Shown one piece after another: positions 49,831 through 62,080 of a stretch of 64,000 nt of DNA. Under the pieces are notes generated by a model. The model was not told the origin of the DNA. It was given only the letters and a program-made list of their open reading frames with translations, and did not search any database. Origin of the DNA: Lama glama (Eukaryota); assembly GCA_028534125.1 (NCBI GenBank), contig CM052818.1, positions 20,462,001 to 20,526,000 of the forward strand, written 5' to 3'. How positions within the stretch are numbered: position 1 is the stretch's first letter; each line of letters begins with the position of its first letter. Position numbers and translations under genes: made by a program.

Positions 49831-50939
49831 CTACTCCAGAAAGAGCAGTCTCCACGGTGGTCCCACTGCAGCCTGTTCTCCCAACAGCTACCCAACTGGT
49901 GAAACACATTACTGTGCTTATTGGTCTACTGTTTGCCTCCCTCTTTAAGAGAACAGATAGCCCAGAGCAGGGACCATCTTCATTAGCTCTACAGTCCCAG
50001 GACCTAGTATTCTCTAGATAAGTAAATACATAATGCTTCCAATGAAGGAAACCAAGGACCAAGGGGAGATGGAAGAGAAGATTCAGAGACATTCGTTCTC
50101 AGTTGTGCATGTGCGGGTAAACTCACACCAAAGGTTTACAATAAAGGAGAAAGATAAAAGCCCCAGGGTTAGCAACTCAAATAAGATGGTGAGTGCACTT
50201 GATTGTGAAAATGTGAGTGTTTCAACGAAGCTAGGTAATAAGGAAAATCAATAAAACTGTCAGCACTGGCCAATTTCAACTAGATAAAAGAATAAAGTAA
50301 TTGGTCCTGAAAGACAACTCTCTAAATTAGGTTAGATGAATGGAAATACCCTTTTGTTTTAAGCCAAATCACAAGGACATCAACAACAGTAAATGATTAA
50401 ATTATAAGCCACTTTGACCCAGTATGATCTGAGCTGCAAACATGAATTTCCCGAAACAATCTTCTTATAAAGAAGACACAGAGATGATGTATAGCAAGAC
50501 AACAGAGGCAGAATCAGAGACCATGCCAGGAAACATGGGGCTCACTTCTTTACCAAGGATCTATTATAAACCCACCCTTTCTATCAGCTTATTTCTTCAA
50601 CATGACTCCTCCTCCTTCAATTAGTTCATTACTAAAACAGGCACACAAGTCAATAGAAAATGCACATCTCTGCTCCCTTAATGGCAGAGAGGAAGGAAGC
50701 TTTGGGAGTGATCCTAAAGAGCCCTGCTCTCCAAACACTCAGGATTCAATTCTGTTTTTCATCTGCTAATGGTTGGCAGTTGGTGTTGTTAACCGTGGAT
50801 GATTCATTTCAGAGGAACTGCTGTGCACCTCGAGCCTATTTGGAAGGAAATGAGGGTTTCTTGGCTTATTTCTCATCAAACACTTTAGCATTGTCTCTCT
50901 GTGACATTATAAACCCCTTAATGGGGGTTTGGTACTCAC

Positions 50940-50987
50940 TGCTTTCAAGCTGACTCCCCCTGTCTCATCTGGTGCATATGGCCACTT
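50940..50987 (-). other. Candidate 48-nt non-coding exon
   Basis: Minus strand tgcctgttcctag|AAGTGG...AAAGCA|gtgagtac. Confidence 0.25.
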
Positions 50988-51879
50988 CTAGGAACAGGCA
51001 TGTATTCCATCAGGACAAAGAATGGAGCCAAAAATCTGGAGACTGAGTATCAGTGGCAAGTAGTTATGCAGGGTGGGGTACACATTGCAAAATCAATGTT
51101 TTTGAACATCTGGCTTTTGTTAATTTCACTCTTATCAAATGCTGTGGCTGTTTCTGTTCTCCACATGCTACTGGCAAATCCAACTTGTCCATGAATGTCT
51201 GGGGACCCTGTGGGGTGAGAAGGACCATGACTTTATTGCCTGAGCAACTCAGAGAAGGGAGAACGATCAGCTGCTTAGAGTGGGTGCCTGGCTTTGACGT
51301 CCCCTATTTGGGAGGGTAAGGGCTCTCTTTAACCTCTCAAGCAATGTTTCTCATTAGAGACTGAACAGAACTTGAAAAGAGCTTTTAGAGTGGGAGTGTC
51401 AGTGCTTGATGCTGGGACACTGGCTAGACAGGCTGGAGAGGAGGAGAATGCTGAGGGTGGTAGAGTGCTTACCATGGGCCGCCACGAGACTGCTGAGGAA
51501 GGTCCCAGAGAACGTGCAGAAAAGACCACAAAGGGATGCCTGTACCTGGGCCTGGCCTTCTAATCACCTAATAAGTCCTGTGCTTATTAAATCGGCTCTA
51601 CTCCATGTCCCAGACTTGACCAAACTTGATCTGCAGCATCTCTCCTCCCTGGGGGCCAAGGTGAGTGAGAGTCCTCGACCATGAAGACACATGCTTTACC
51701 CTTTAAACACAGCTCAGTCATTTAAAGTATTCATTTTCTTGTTTGCATAGCATGAAAATCTCTATCTACAACACTGATGACTGTCTTTCTTTGAAAGCTC
51801 CTTGAGAACACAAATTGCATTTTTAATTTACGGTGTCAATACCAGCCTTACCTAAAAATAAGAAAGCCGTCTTTGATAA

Positions 51880-52340
51880 TGATGACACGATCCCCTCTAC
51901 TCAGAACGGCCTCTTCGTGTCTTCTCCGTCAATCCAGTCTACCTGTTTTTTCCTTTCAGCCCAAGCCCTACCTCTTCCTTGAAATTCCCTGCATTATTCC
52001 AGCTTCAACTTATTCCCATTTGGAGAACTCCAGGTGACACCCAATTAGTCACTCAATGTAATATTGCCTTGCATTGTTTCCTAATGCTTTTGTCCTGTAA
52101 CTATCTTCAAATATATGAAGGGCTTTTACCCAGGGCCAGTGACAGTATGGGAACCACATGTTCATATCCAAGGTAAGTCTGGGGTTCCTAATTGAATTGC
52201 AAGCTCCTTGAAGTCAAGGGCCATGCGTTCTTGTAAACACCATCTCTCACTTTCCACTTCCCAGTCCCCAAACTCAGCATGGGCACCAAATGAAACACAT
52301 TTGTTAAAGTGAATTGGTGAGTACTGTTTACTTGAATGAA
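51880..52340 (+). mobile_element. Degenerate L2 3' fragment (interrupted by a 66-bp duplicate)
   Basis: ttgcaagctccttgaagtcaagggccatg...atttgttaaagtgaat. Confidence 0.5.
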
Positions 52341-53059
52341 TGGTTCTTAATTACCTGACAATCAGAAGGCATCAGATTAAATACTACAGAAATTCTAAGA
52401 AATAAGGTAGAATTCTTGTGAACCGAAGCTTCAGTTGGACTCTGGGGTCTGAAAGATGTTATCTAGATAGAAGCCTCCCACTGGCTGAGGCAGAGTTTCA
52501 AGAGGAAGTCCCACCCCTCCATTTCGACCCTGAAGGCACTGCTCTAATGCTTACCATGGACGCAGGTAAGACAGATTACAAACCTGCTGAGGTTTGAGTC
52601 CAGTCTCATTGCAGAACCAAGACTTAGTTATGGATTCTTTCTGTAGAGAGAGCCTGAGTTCCTGAACTGTGACCATAGAAGTTTTCATTTCTGAGAGTGG
52701 AGAACAGATCTGCTTATTTATAAAAGGGACTCTCTAGGTCATCTCTAGATTCAAAGATAAAAACTTTACCTTCCTATTTCTGTAAAAAGCATTCTGAAGA
52801 AAAGAACTAAAATCTTAAAAGCAGTAAGGAGGTCTTTGTCATGTCGGCAAACTCATTATTGGGGCCATGATTGGGGCCATGGTCCAGGCAGGGCCCTGGA
52901 TCATGGCCTGGGGTCTGGACCCAACAGGGCCTTGTAATCAACTGTTTGGCCTTGGGCACATCACTTGACCATCTCTCCAAACATGGAGGTAATACTTGCT
53001 CTACACATGTTACTATTTTAGAATGAAGCAAATCAGGTTCGATCATATCTATTTGTCTG

Positions 53060-53310
53060 TGCAACTGGAAAAAAGTCCAGAAGAGAGCTGCAAAGATGAG
53101 GTAAGATTTCTAAACTATCTCTTCAAAAACGTTAAGGGATTTGATTGATTCAGCCTGAAGAAGAGAGATTTAATAACTGTCTTCAAATATATGAAGGGCT
53201 TTTACCCAGATCCAGTGAGAGTGTGGGGACCACGTGTTCTCAGCCTGCATTGAGCAGAGAGGGCACAAGCCCAGGCTCTGACAAGGAGACATTTCTAACA
53301 CTAAGGGCCA
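53060..53310 (+). mobile_element. L3/CR1 LINE RT C-terminal remnant
   Basis: With frameshifts reads LE-KVQKRAAKM...SLKKRDLITVFKYMKG, matching the CR1 motif LERVQRRATKM...FSLEKRRLRGDLI.VFKYLKG. Confidence 0.75.
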
Positions 53311-55250
53311 CAGGACACAGACAAGCTAGACAGTGTCCTTTTGGGAAATACTTCATGAGGGGAAAGACGGGGAAGAACGAGAAAGACAGAAAATGGGGCA
53401 AAACTATGGCAAATGTCTGAACTCTGTAAAAAGCAATCTCCTAGCCCCTGCTAGATGTAGATATTATTCTATAAATTGCCTCTTTGTCACTTTGCTCTTT
53501 TGAATATGCCATGTCCTGGATTGAGAAACCTGCCCTCAAATTCTTTCCCTGGATACCCTGCCTGCTGCTCCTTCCTGGGCACTGGGTTAGTGCTTTCCCC
53601 ACCTCCTGGCCCTCAGGTCTCCAGGGCCCTGAGGATATTTATATACCAGGGCACTGTCCTTAAAGCAATCCCATCATGGTACCTACCATAGATCTGATTA
53701 TCCCTAGTGATGGGTGAGAAATCTGAAACTCTCAACTAGTAAAAAGGAGAGCCAGGATTTATATTCACGATTGATGGACTCCTAAGGCTGTGCTCTTTCT
53801 ACTCTCTCTGCTGCTGGTCCCAGAGAGGAGGCAGAATGCCTTCTGCAGCCTGTGGCCTCAGGAAGAAGGGGGGGGGTGGCCCCTGCGCCCTGCTCTCCAT
53901 CTTCCGCTTCCACAATCTGCACTCACACCCGAACCTGATCAAACTGCATCATTTGTTGACAGGTGTGCTGCAAAAATCACTCCAATTATTTGGTATCTTC
54001 GGCATTTTATTGGGGAAACAGTTTGGTGATCCCAACATACCACTAAGGCCCACTTCTTGTTTTGTCTATTGTGGTCTACACTCTGAAGAACTCTCCTGGG
54101 TGAACACGACACCTGGAAGGAATGCGGGGGAAGAAGAGCCTAGAAATCCCCAGGTCAGGCTCTGATTGCCCCTCCCTGGGAGCCTGCAAATAATGGTTTA
54201 TTATCTTGTTTTAAACGATAGAAATAATATACAAATTACATCACAATAAAGGAAGAAATACTAATACGCACAACAGGAAATAACAATTTGCAAAACTGAG
54301 GATTACATACATTGTTGTTTATGCATCTTTTACCTGGGCTAATTATGCTCTGATTTAAGTATCTGGTGAGCCTGTAATGCCATGTTTACCAGGAAGCCAC
54401 ATGCTCATTAGTTATAATAAAAGCAAACACTAAGAGGCATCTGAGCCTCAAGGGTTGTACAAAACATTCCAAGGCAGTTTGCTACATGGGATACTATACG
54501 TAAAGTGCCTGACACAGTACCTGTCAACACCTTCTACTGGCTACAGATATTAGCCAGCCCTCATCCTGGAACTCTGATAGATGTCTACTCAAATTACGCC
54601 GAAGATCAAAATTTCATGAACTGTCATCCAGCCTGACCCCTTACGTCGGGGGTTAGGTTGCCTGGTTTAGCTAAAGCACACACCGTCAAATCCCATTATG
54701 ATGAACCACACAGGACATGCAAGCAATGGAATTTTATTAGACAGTCAGAAATCACATTAGCTCCAGCTCTAGCAGACGTAGAAGTCCAGGCGCTCTACAG
54801 TATGTTAGCAAGAAAAAGAATCCTTTGGCACATCCCAGAAGAAGTGGGTGTATTCACACAGTCTCACCCCCACACCTCTCTCTGAGCTCCCTGGTATTTG
54901 CATGTGTTGTAAAGTTTGTGCAAATATTCTATGATTTTTCTTTCCATTGATGGGACTGGAGCACTTGAAACAGGCGCTCTGAGGGGATGCGTGATGGCAG
55001 AAAAATAGAGTTGTGAAAATGTCAGCTATGCCTTATTTCAACTCTCTTTCTCACCCTTTCTTAGAATACAGAGTTAGGACTTTTCACTGAAGGAAGAGAC
55101 TTAAATAAGAACCAATGAACGTCCACAGTCTGGGTGTAACAACCATGTTTCACACTGGACCCTTCTCATACAATCTAGGTAACAAACGTTGTGGCTTCTC
55201 ATTCTCTGTTCCCTTCCTCATCCTCCCAACCCTTCCAAAAACAAAACCAC

Positions 55251-55371
55251 CTCTGGACCAGGAGCCCTCAGAGTCCCAGCTGCAGGACTGGGGGAACAGA
55301 CGTGTAGAATACAAACAGAACACACCAAGATCAGCTTCTTCGAAGAGATTGCTGGAAGCCCTTCCAACCAT
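55251..55371 (-). other. Candidate 121-nt exon (probably 5'UTR)
   Basis: Strong minus acceptor ctttttctcttgctgttcctggatttggaattctttttctag|ATGG; modest donor GAG|gtggtt; unique sequence. Confidence 0.35.
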
Positions 55372-57706
55372 CTAGAAAAAGAATTCCAAATCCAGGAACA
55401 GCAAGAGAAAAAGAGGAGAAAAACTTCTCCTTTTCTTCAGAGCAACACATGCTAGTACTTTCAGAGTCTGGCATGTGTCAGCATTTCTGAAGTAAACTCT
55501 ATTTTCTTTAGATGAAAGAGATTAAAAAATAGCCTAAGAATTCAGCCCAGTGAAAACTGCTTTGGCCATTCACATGCAAGAAGCCATAGAAGCAAGAAGA
55601 GAAAAATCAACTGCTTCTGATTTATTTATTCATTCATTTGTCCATATCCTTTTCCTCCAATGTAAAAAAGGACACCTTCTACCATTTTACAAGTCATTAA
55701 TCTCTTCAAAGAAAAAAATAATCCAAGCCTTCCATTGGTTCCCCAGTATCTTGGCACGGGAAAAAATATTTAATTAATTATCCTGTTGCATGTAGGTTAT
55801 GTAAGGAAAAAGGGGACTGCTTTTGCTCATCAAATGTTTTGCCAGTCAGGAGACTGCTGTAATACCTTTAATTCTGGTAAATTTAGGATCACACGCTATG
55901 TTAAGTAATGCAAGGCTTTAACCCCTGGGGCTTTACTTCCTAATCTGGGTTGTGGATACACTGGTACCCATTTTATTATTCTTTAGGCTCTTTTGTACAT
56001 CTTAAATATTTCATACGAAATAGTGTTAAATCTCCACATCTTCTACAACAGTTTCTATTCTTGGCTGTTCAGAGCCCAGAGCCGAGAGGGAAAGTTGGAA
56101 ACGCCCAAATGTAATTGCAGTAAAGAGTAGAAAATGTAAGAGACCAATTTTGGAAGGATGTTTAAAGTTTTAAACCTATGCCAAATAATTGAGATCTATT
56201 AAGAGAGGACTGAATTCTATTATAAGTTCCATGTACACACAATTATTAAATTATTCTGAACACCTGTTGAAAGTGGGTGATAAATTAGCCAAATGAAAAT
56301 CATCAGGCCTCGCTGTCAAGCACATCACCGGACCAGCTCCTTCAAATTTGCTTGTATAATCCCTCTTCCCATGACTGAACCTTGAACTGGAGCTTCATCC
56401 CTCAAGCAGGTGTGTGGGGCTGTGACTTTGTGCTTTTAATCCCCCGTGTTCTGGGCAGGTGCTGTAAGAGGCCCAGGTCTTCCAGCCAGGAGCTGAGGGA
56501 CCCGAGTGTCTGCCATTCCCTTCAGGCCACAACCTCTAAACGCCATTTTTTTCTCATTGCCGAGAGGAACCCACCTTGCGCTACCCCATCTTTCTGCCGT
56601 AATATTAAGCCAACTGTTTTGTCCCCTGTCCACAGAGAGGATAGGAAAGATGGCCCCAACAACTAAGCTTCAGTCCTAACTCCGAGCCTCCCTCAAGCCC
56701 AAGTCGGCCACCGTCTCCCTGTTCCCACGTGGACAAATTTTTACCATCCAGTCTTCCCTCCAACCCCGACTGCTCCGCCCCCACCACACAGCCTTGAAAG
56801 GTAGTAAGTGAGCAAAGACAAGACGGAGAGAAGAAGAAAGAAGGAAAACCCAGCTCTCAGAGAACATCTATCCCCTGTCTAATCAGCCAGTGGGGAGCAG
56901 ATGTCCTCACCCCATGATTTCTCTTTAAGGGCAGAGCTTTCCGCTTGCGTAAGGAACTGGTACAATAAAAAGGAACACTTCTATAAAAGCTCTAATAAAT
57001 AAGATTCTGAAATTTGACAACTTACTTGTTTCCTTTCTGAATACCGTTAGACCAACTGGTTTTACTTCCTTCCACTGCACACACACGCAACCCCCCAACC
57101 CCCTCAAGCCTTCAGGGAGAGGCAGCCACTCCACCGAAGCCTGCCTGAGCATCACCCGTGTGCAGAATGCCTGCTTTATTGGCCTCACTCCGTTAAGTGG
57201 AAAATCTTCCCTCTGCTCCACCAAAGTTAACAGATGGCTGGTCCCTTTTGGTACACAGGCGAAAGCATCTTCGAAATAACCTTTTCCTTTAAAGATTGCC
57301 AGCTAATTAAATGTCACTGTAATATGTCCCAGCCAAAGAGGGAAGGGAGAGACCAAAAGACAGAGGGGTCAATGGACGTGAGGTCACACTCTCCTACCTT
57401 CACCCGACGACCCCGAGAGATCAATGATCACATACACTCTTCCTTCCGGCTCCAGATCAATCTGCAATCAAGAAAATGACAGTGACTCTGTTAGTGCATG
57501 GTGGGGGCAACCCGAGAGTTCCAAGACCTTTCCAGCCCACATTGCTAAAACCTAGGGTCACAGCCCCATTCACGTCATCAGCTTACAACATGCCAAGTGC
57601 TGAGGGAAGTAGGGATGAAGGAGAAGCAGCATCTATGGAGCATCTACTATGTTCCGGAAGCAGTAACGAGGAGGTCTGATGCACACCCAAAAGGTAGTGT
57701 CAACAC

Positions 57707-57970
57707 AATGGTTCCCAGCTGGAAGCAATTTTGCTGCATAAGGGAAAGTTGGCACAGGAGACACTTGACACAAAGAACATTTTGGGGACACAGAAATATC
57801 TGGAGACATCTTTGACTGTTATGCCTGGAGAGGAGGTGATGCTACCGGCATCTAATGGGTGGAGACCAGGGATGCTGCTAAACACCCTACAGAGAGTCGC
57901 CACAACAAAGAATTATCCAGCTCCAAATGCCAGTAGTGTCGAGGTTGATGTTCAAACTCATGAAACCCTG
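57707..57970 (+). mobile_element. MER20 hAT MITE
   Basis: tctggagacatctttgactgt...ggcatctaatgggtggagaccagggatgctgctaaacaccctac...aaagaattatccagctccaaatgccagtagtg. Confidence 0.85.
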
Positions 57971-58330
57971 TGTTATCCCATTTCACAGATAAGGGATCTC
58001 AGAGTTCCCCAGTAAGTGGCAATGCTGAGATTCAATGCCAAGACTATCTATAGGAGCCCCTGTCCTTTATACTCCACAAATTGCTCACAGGGAGATAAAA
58101 GCATAAGACACTATTCCTGCTCTCAAAGTGTTAACCATCTCATTGGGGAGTTAAAAGAAACCAGAGAACAATGCTGAACACAGCTTAATGATGAGGGATA
58201 GAGAATAACTGATACACAGTATCTGGTGAGCCTGAAACTGTAAAAGAGCAGCCTGGGATGACTTCATGAAGGCAAGAAAGGGAAGGCATTCCAGGTGGAA
58301 GAAGCACATCAGCACAGGCTGGGCATGCAG
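57971..58330 (-). mobile_element. MIR fragment followed by L2 fragment
   Basis: tatcccatttcacagataaggga; ttcctgctctcaaagtgttaac...ggcattccaggtggaagaagcac. Confidence 0.5.
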
Positions 58331-58689
58331 TGCTGACTGTGGGAGACTGAGGGGCCCCCGTGCTCAGGGGATGTGCTGGTACGTGTGTTTTGCAAACCCC
58401 AGACTCTACCAGGGTTGTAAGGAGACAGCCAATAGCGCTAAATTCTCACCATCAACCTTCTTCACCAACCCTCACTCCCTCCCTCCCCACCACCCAATCC
58501 ACAGTTTACTTCCATACAGAACCAAGCTAGCAGGAAAAATCAGAGGGACTGGGCCTCTTGCAGTCGATATCTTTCCAAGGTCTGAACTGCCCTTACAGAA
58601 ACTGTTCTCCACGAGAGAGAGTCGCAACTCCAGAAACCCCGGACCGCCGAGCACCCCTGGTACCCACCCCGGCCTCCGCAATCCCATCT

Positions 58690-59090
58690 GTCTCTGCAGC
58701 GCTCCAGTTGGCTCAGATGTGCCTGGCTGGTCTCCTCAACAAGCTGCGACTTTCTTGAGGGCAGGAACCACTTGTCTCTCCTTTTCTTCTGAGTAGGCAC
58801 ACATTTAGCAAGTACTACTTAGGAAGGGTCAGCCTTGGTGAACATCTCCACCTCCTCCAAGGTCAAGGGCAGTTATTGCCTCCTCTCTGAAGCCTTTCCA
58901 GATATTCCCAGTCAGAAGTAATTACCCCCTCATTCGTGTTCCCACAGTACACATACATATCTCAACCACGGCTCCCATTAAGCTGTGATATGTGGTCTGC
59001 AGGTCTCTCTCCTCGGCTGTGATAATCCTATTTGCACCTCTAGTGCTTAGCTTACTGTCTGATGCTCGGGAAACACCCAATAAACCTTTG
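58690..59090 (+). mobile_element. L2 3' fragments
   Basis: ttcttgagggcaggaaccacttgtc; cctcctctctgaagcctttccaga...cccaataaacctttg. Confidence 0.55.
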
Positions 59091-60779
59091 TGGAGGTGGG
59101 AAAAGGCTCAGAATTCCCAGAGCCTATTCTGGGATCATTTGACCCTCCAAGCCCGTTCTCCAGGAAGGCAGGCAGGCAGGTCACCTGCACCAAGGTGATA
59201 TTCCAAGAAGGCAGGAAGGGAAGAAGAGGCAGCTGTATCAGGAGCACCATATACTCCCTATAAGGTAAAAGCTCACCTTGAACTGATGCTCGCTGGGTCT
59301 GTCCCCTCGACATCTCACTCCACTCCTAATACAGGTTCCCTGAGCCATTCATGAGCCCCACTTTATTTCCAGACTCAGTCATTAGTGGCTGGAAGGGCTT
59401 AATGTTTCCCTCAAAATTTTAGTTCCATCAACAAGGGTCTTCAATGCCCCCCAGGTGAGGCCCCTGTGACATTTCAGGTGCTCTGACAGGGCAGGGAGGG
59501 AGGGAGGGAGGGAGAGCAGGGAACTGTCGAGTGGCCTCACAGGGGCCGCTCACCTGGGTTGAGGATCTTGAACTTAGAATACAGATGAGAACCAAATAAC
59601 ACACTGGTGATGCCAGGAGATCACTCTCCCTATCCCTTCTGCCCCAAAAGTCCGTGATTTTAGCTTTCTGGGTAAAGAAAATGTCCTCCAGCACCCTCAC
59701 CCCTAATAATGCCCCCTGCCACAGCATAAGTTGGCCACTGCCCTGAATTACAAACAGGAAAACCAACAGTCAGCTCTACTGAAGAGAGCCCAACCAGAAT
59801 CCTGTCCCCGCCACAGTTCAAAAGTATCAGGGGCCCCCTTGTCCAAAAGCATGGAATTTAAATAATGTATGCCTTTTAGAGATTAGATCATTCCTATTAA
59901 ACCGCGCCGGCAAAAAGAAACACTTTCTCATATCCTCCAAGTCAAAGATTTCCCACGGCTGTGGATTTCACTGGCAAAGTACAATGGTATCTGAGAAAAG
60001 CAGGGAGGGAGACTGAAGGAATGAGATGGGCTATGAGGCATATCGGAAGGCAGGCGGCATGCCTATCTTTGCAAAAGGGGAGTGAGAACTCGTGGCAGGG
60101 GGGACAGGTCATGGATGATAAAATGAATTAGGATATTAACATTCAAGATAGCAATCAGAAACCATTTTAGCACCCACTGCTGCCTCAATGCCGATGAACG
60201 GCATTTCCAAACAGAAAAATAGAAATTAAGCTATTAAACATGCCAAAAGCAACAAAGAGCTTTGCAGCCTGGGCAGATGGCCGCAGAGCGCTGGCTGAGC
60301 CCCAGCCAGCTGAGTGAGGAACCTCTGAGAATCCATCCAGGGTGGTGGGACTTCAATGTGGATGGCTGGAGGGGCTATCAGGTACAAAAGAGGGTGGCAG
60401 GCATTGCAACTTCATGGCCAAATTAGTTTAATCACAAATTCTGCCCACAATTATGTGGTCCGGATGATGAAGCAATGTAGGTGCCCAGCCCTGCACAACC
60501 CCGGCAAGCTGACAGTCGGCATCGCCACCAGGCAGCTGGCACTACATAAAAGCAGAAACCCTCCCTCCTCCCAAACACTCCCGGGGTTAGTTTCAGCCCC
60601 TTCTCCCAGGCCCCGGGTTCCTCCCAATTCTCCCAGATGCAAGCCCATTTATCAACTCTCCTTGAACCTCATACCTTTACTTGACGTGCTTTCTCAGATA
60701 CTGCGTCTGTTTTCTTTGACTATGATTCTTTTTCAACCTCCAGCACCTTTGGCTATCCCTCCAGCTGAGGCCAGAAGCA

Positions 60780-61180
60780 AGGCAGCAGAACTGTGGGGGA
60801 GCCAAACACAGCCTTTGGAATCAGACCAGGGCTGAATCCCAGGTTTGTCACTTACAGGCCAGGCGATTATTTATTCTCCCTGAACCTCAGCCTCTATCTC
60901 TTCATATGTGAAACAGGTTGTTGTGGAAATTCCACAAGACACACATGCAAAGCACCTGGCACTCAGGAGTTGCTCAGCACATGGTGTTTAAGACTGAATT
61001 GACTGGTTTTCTGGCCTGAAGCACGCAACTCTCTTCTCTAAGCCTCAGAATGCTTCTCCGTGAAATGGAGCTAATAACAGGTCCTGTGACATTTGGGCTG
61101 TCCTGATGTTAAATGTGAAAATCTATGTACAGTGTTTAGTATAGTGCCTGACCAAGAATATGCAGTAATTGTACTATTAT
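60780..61180 (+). mobile_element. Two MIR elements
   Basis: gcctttggaatcagaccagggctgaatccc...ctgaacctcag; ctaagcctcag...gtgaaatggagctaataac...atagtgcctgac. Confidence 0.7.
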
Positions 61181-61449
61181 TAAAAAGCCAAGTCTTTAAA
61201 TCACTATTTAGTCCAATGTTCTTTCTACTCTATCAAGCTCCCCCCAACCTCTCCCAAAAGGCATTTTCTTACCCAAAGTTGATGTTATTACCTGTTATTC
61301 CAGGACATCTGATGACTTTACAGTGTTGTGAATATCAGATGTAGAACTAAGGTGAGAGGTTCACATCCAGCAGCAAAAAAGGCTATAGCCCTGGTCATCA
61401 GAGGGTCTTGAAGTGATTATAAGAGGAAGAGAAGAGGAGGGTGACCACG

Positions 61450-61580
61450 TATTGTCTGAGCACCTACTAGGTCTGGGACACAGCTGGATGTTTTACCTGC
61501 ATTAGTTCATCTAATCTCCTGTGAGGCCAGCAATACATATTCTCCACTTTTCAGACTGAAAAACTGGGCTTCAGAGAGCT
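61450..61580 (-). mobile_element. MIR fragment
   Basis: ctgagcacctactaggtctggg...ttttcagactgaaaaactgggcttcagaga. Confidence 0.65.
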
Positions 61581-61949
61581 TTCAGCCAGATTCCCACTGA
61601 GGGCTGCCTGGAGCACACATGAGAAATGACTGAGGTAGGTCCTGTCTCAAGCCCCAGGAAGCCTTCCCTGACAACCCAGACCCAGGGTTCTCCTAACTGT
61701 AAGCCTCTGGCTGTCCTCTGGTGCAACTGACTGGCTCCCCAGGCAGGTTGGTGTAAGGCAGAGCGATGTGTTGAAGACCTCACCTGTCCCCCAGAGCCCT
61801 TGGGGAAGGTCTGGGCATAAACAGGAGCTCCACTCTAGTGAGTCAGAAACAAAGCAAAGGGGAAAGAGCCCAAACCATAGAAACCATGAAAAGCAATTTT
61901 GAAAAGCAAAAAGAAACACAGGCTCTTTTTTGGGTGGTGCCTGACAATT

Positions 61950-62080
61950 CATAGAGCCTTTTACATCTGTTATTTCATTGATTCCTCACAATTAACTTGC
62001 AAGGTAACAAGGATTATTAGCCCGATTGCACGTATGAGAAAACTGAGATTAAGGAAGATAAACACAGCTAGTGAAAGTAC
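61950..62080 (-). mobile_element. MIR fragment
   Basis: tttcattgattcctcacaa...attattagcccgattgcacgtatgagaaaactgag. Confidence 0.7.

Noticed and set aside
54358..58234. Exact 17-mer agtatctggtgagcctg at 54358 and 58218
   Set aside because: No flanking similarity; roughly 0.1 such pairs are expected by chance in 64 kb under uniform composition, and more with real composition
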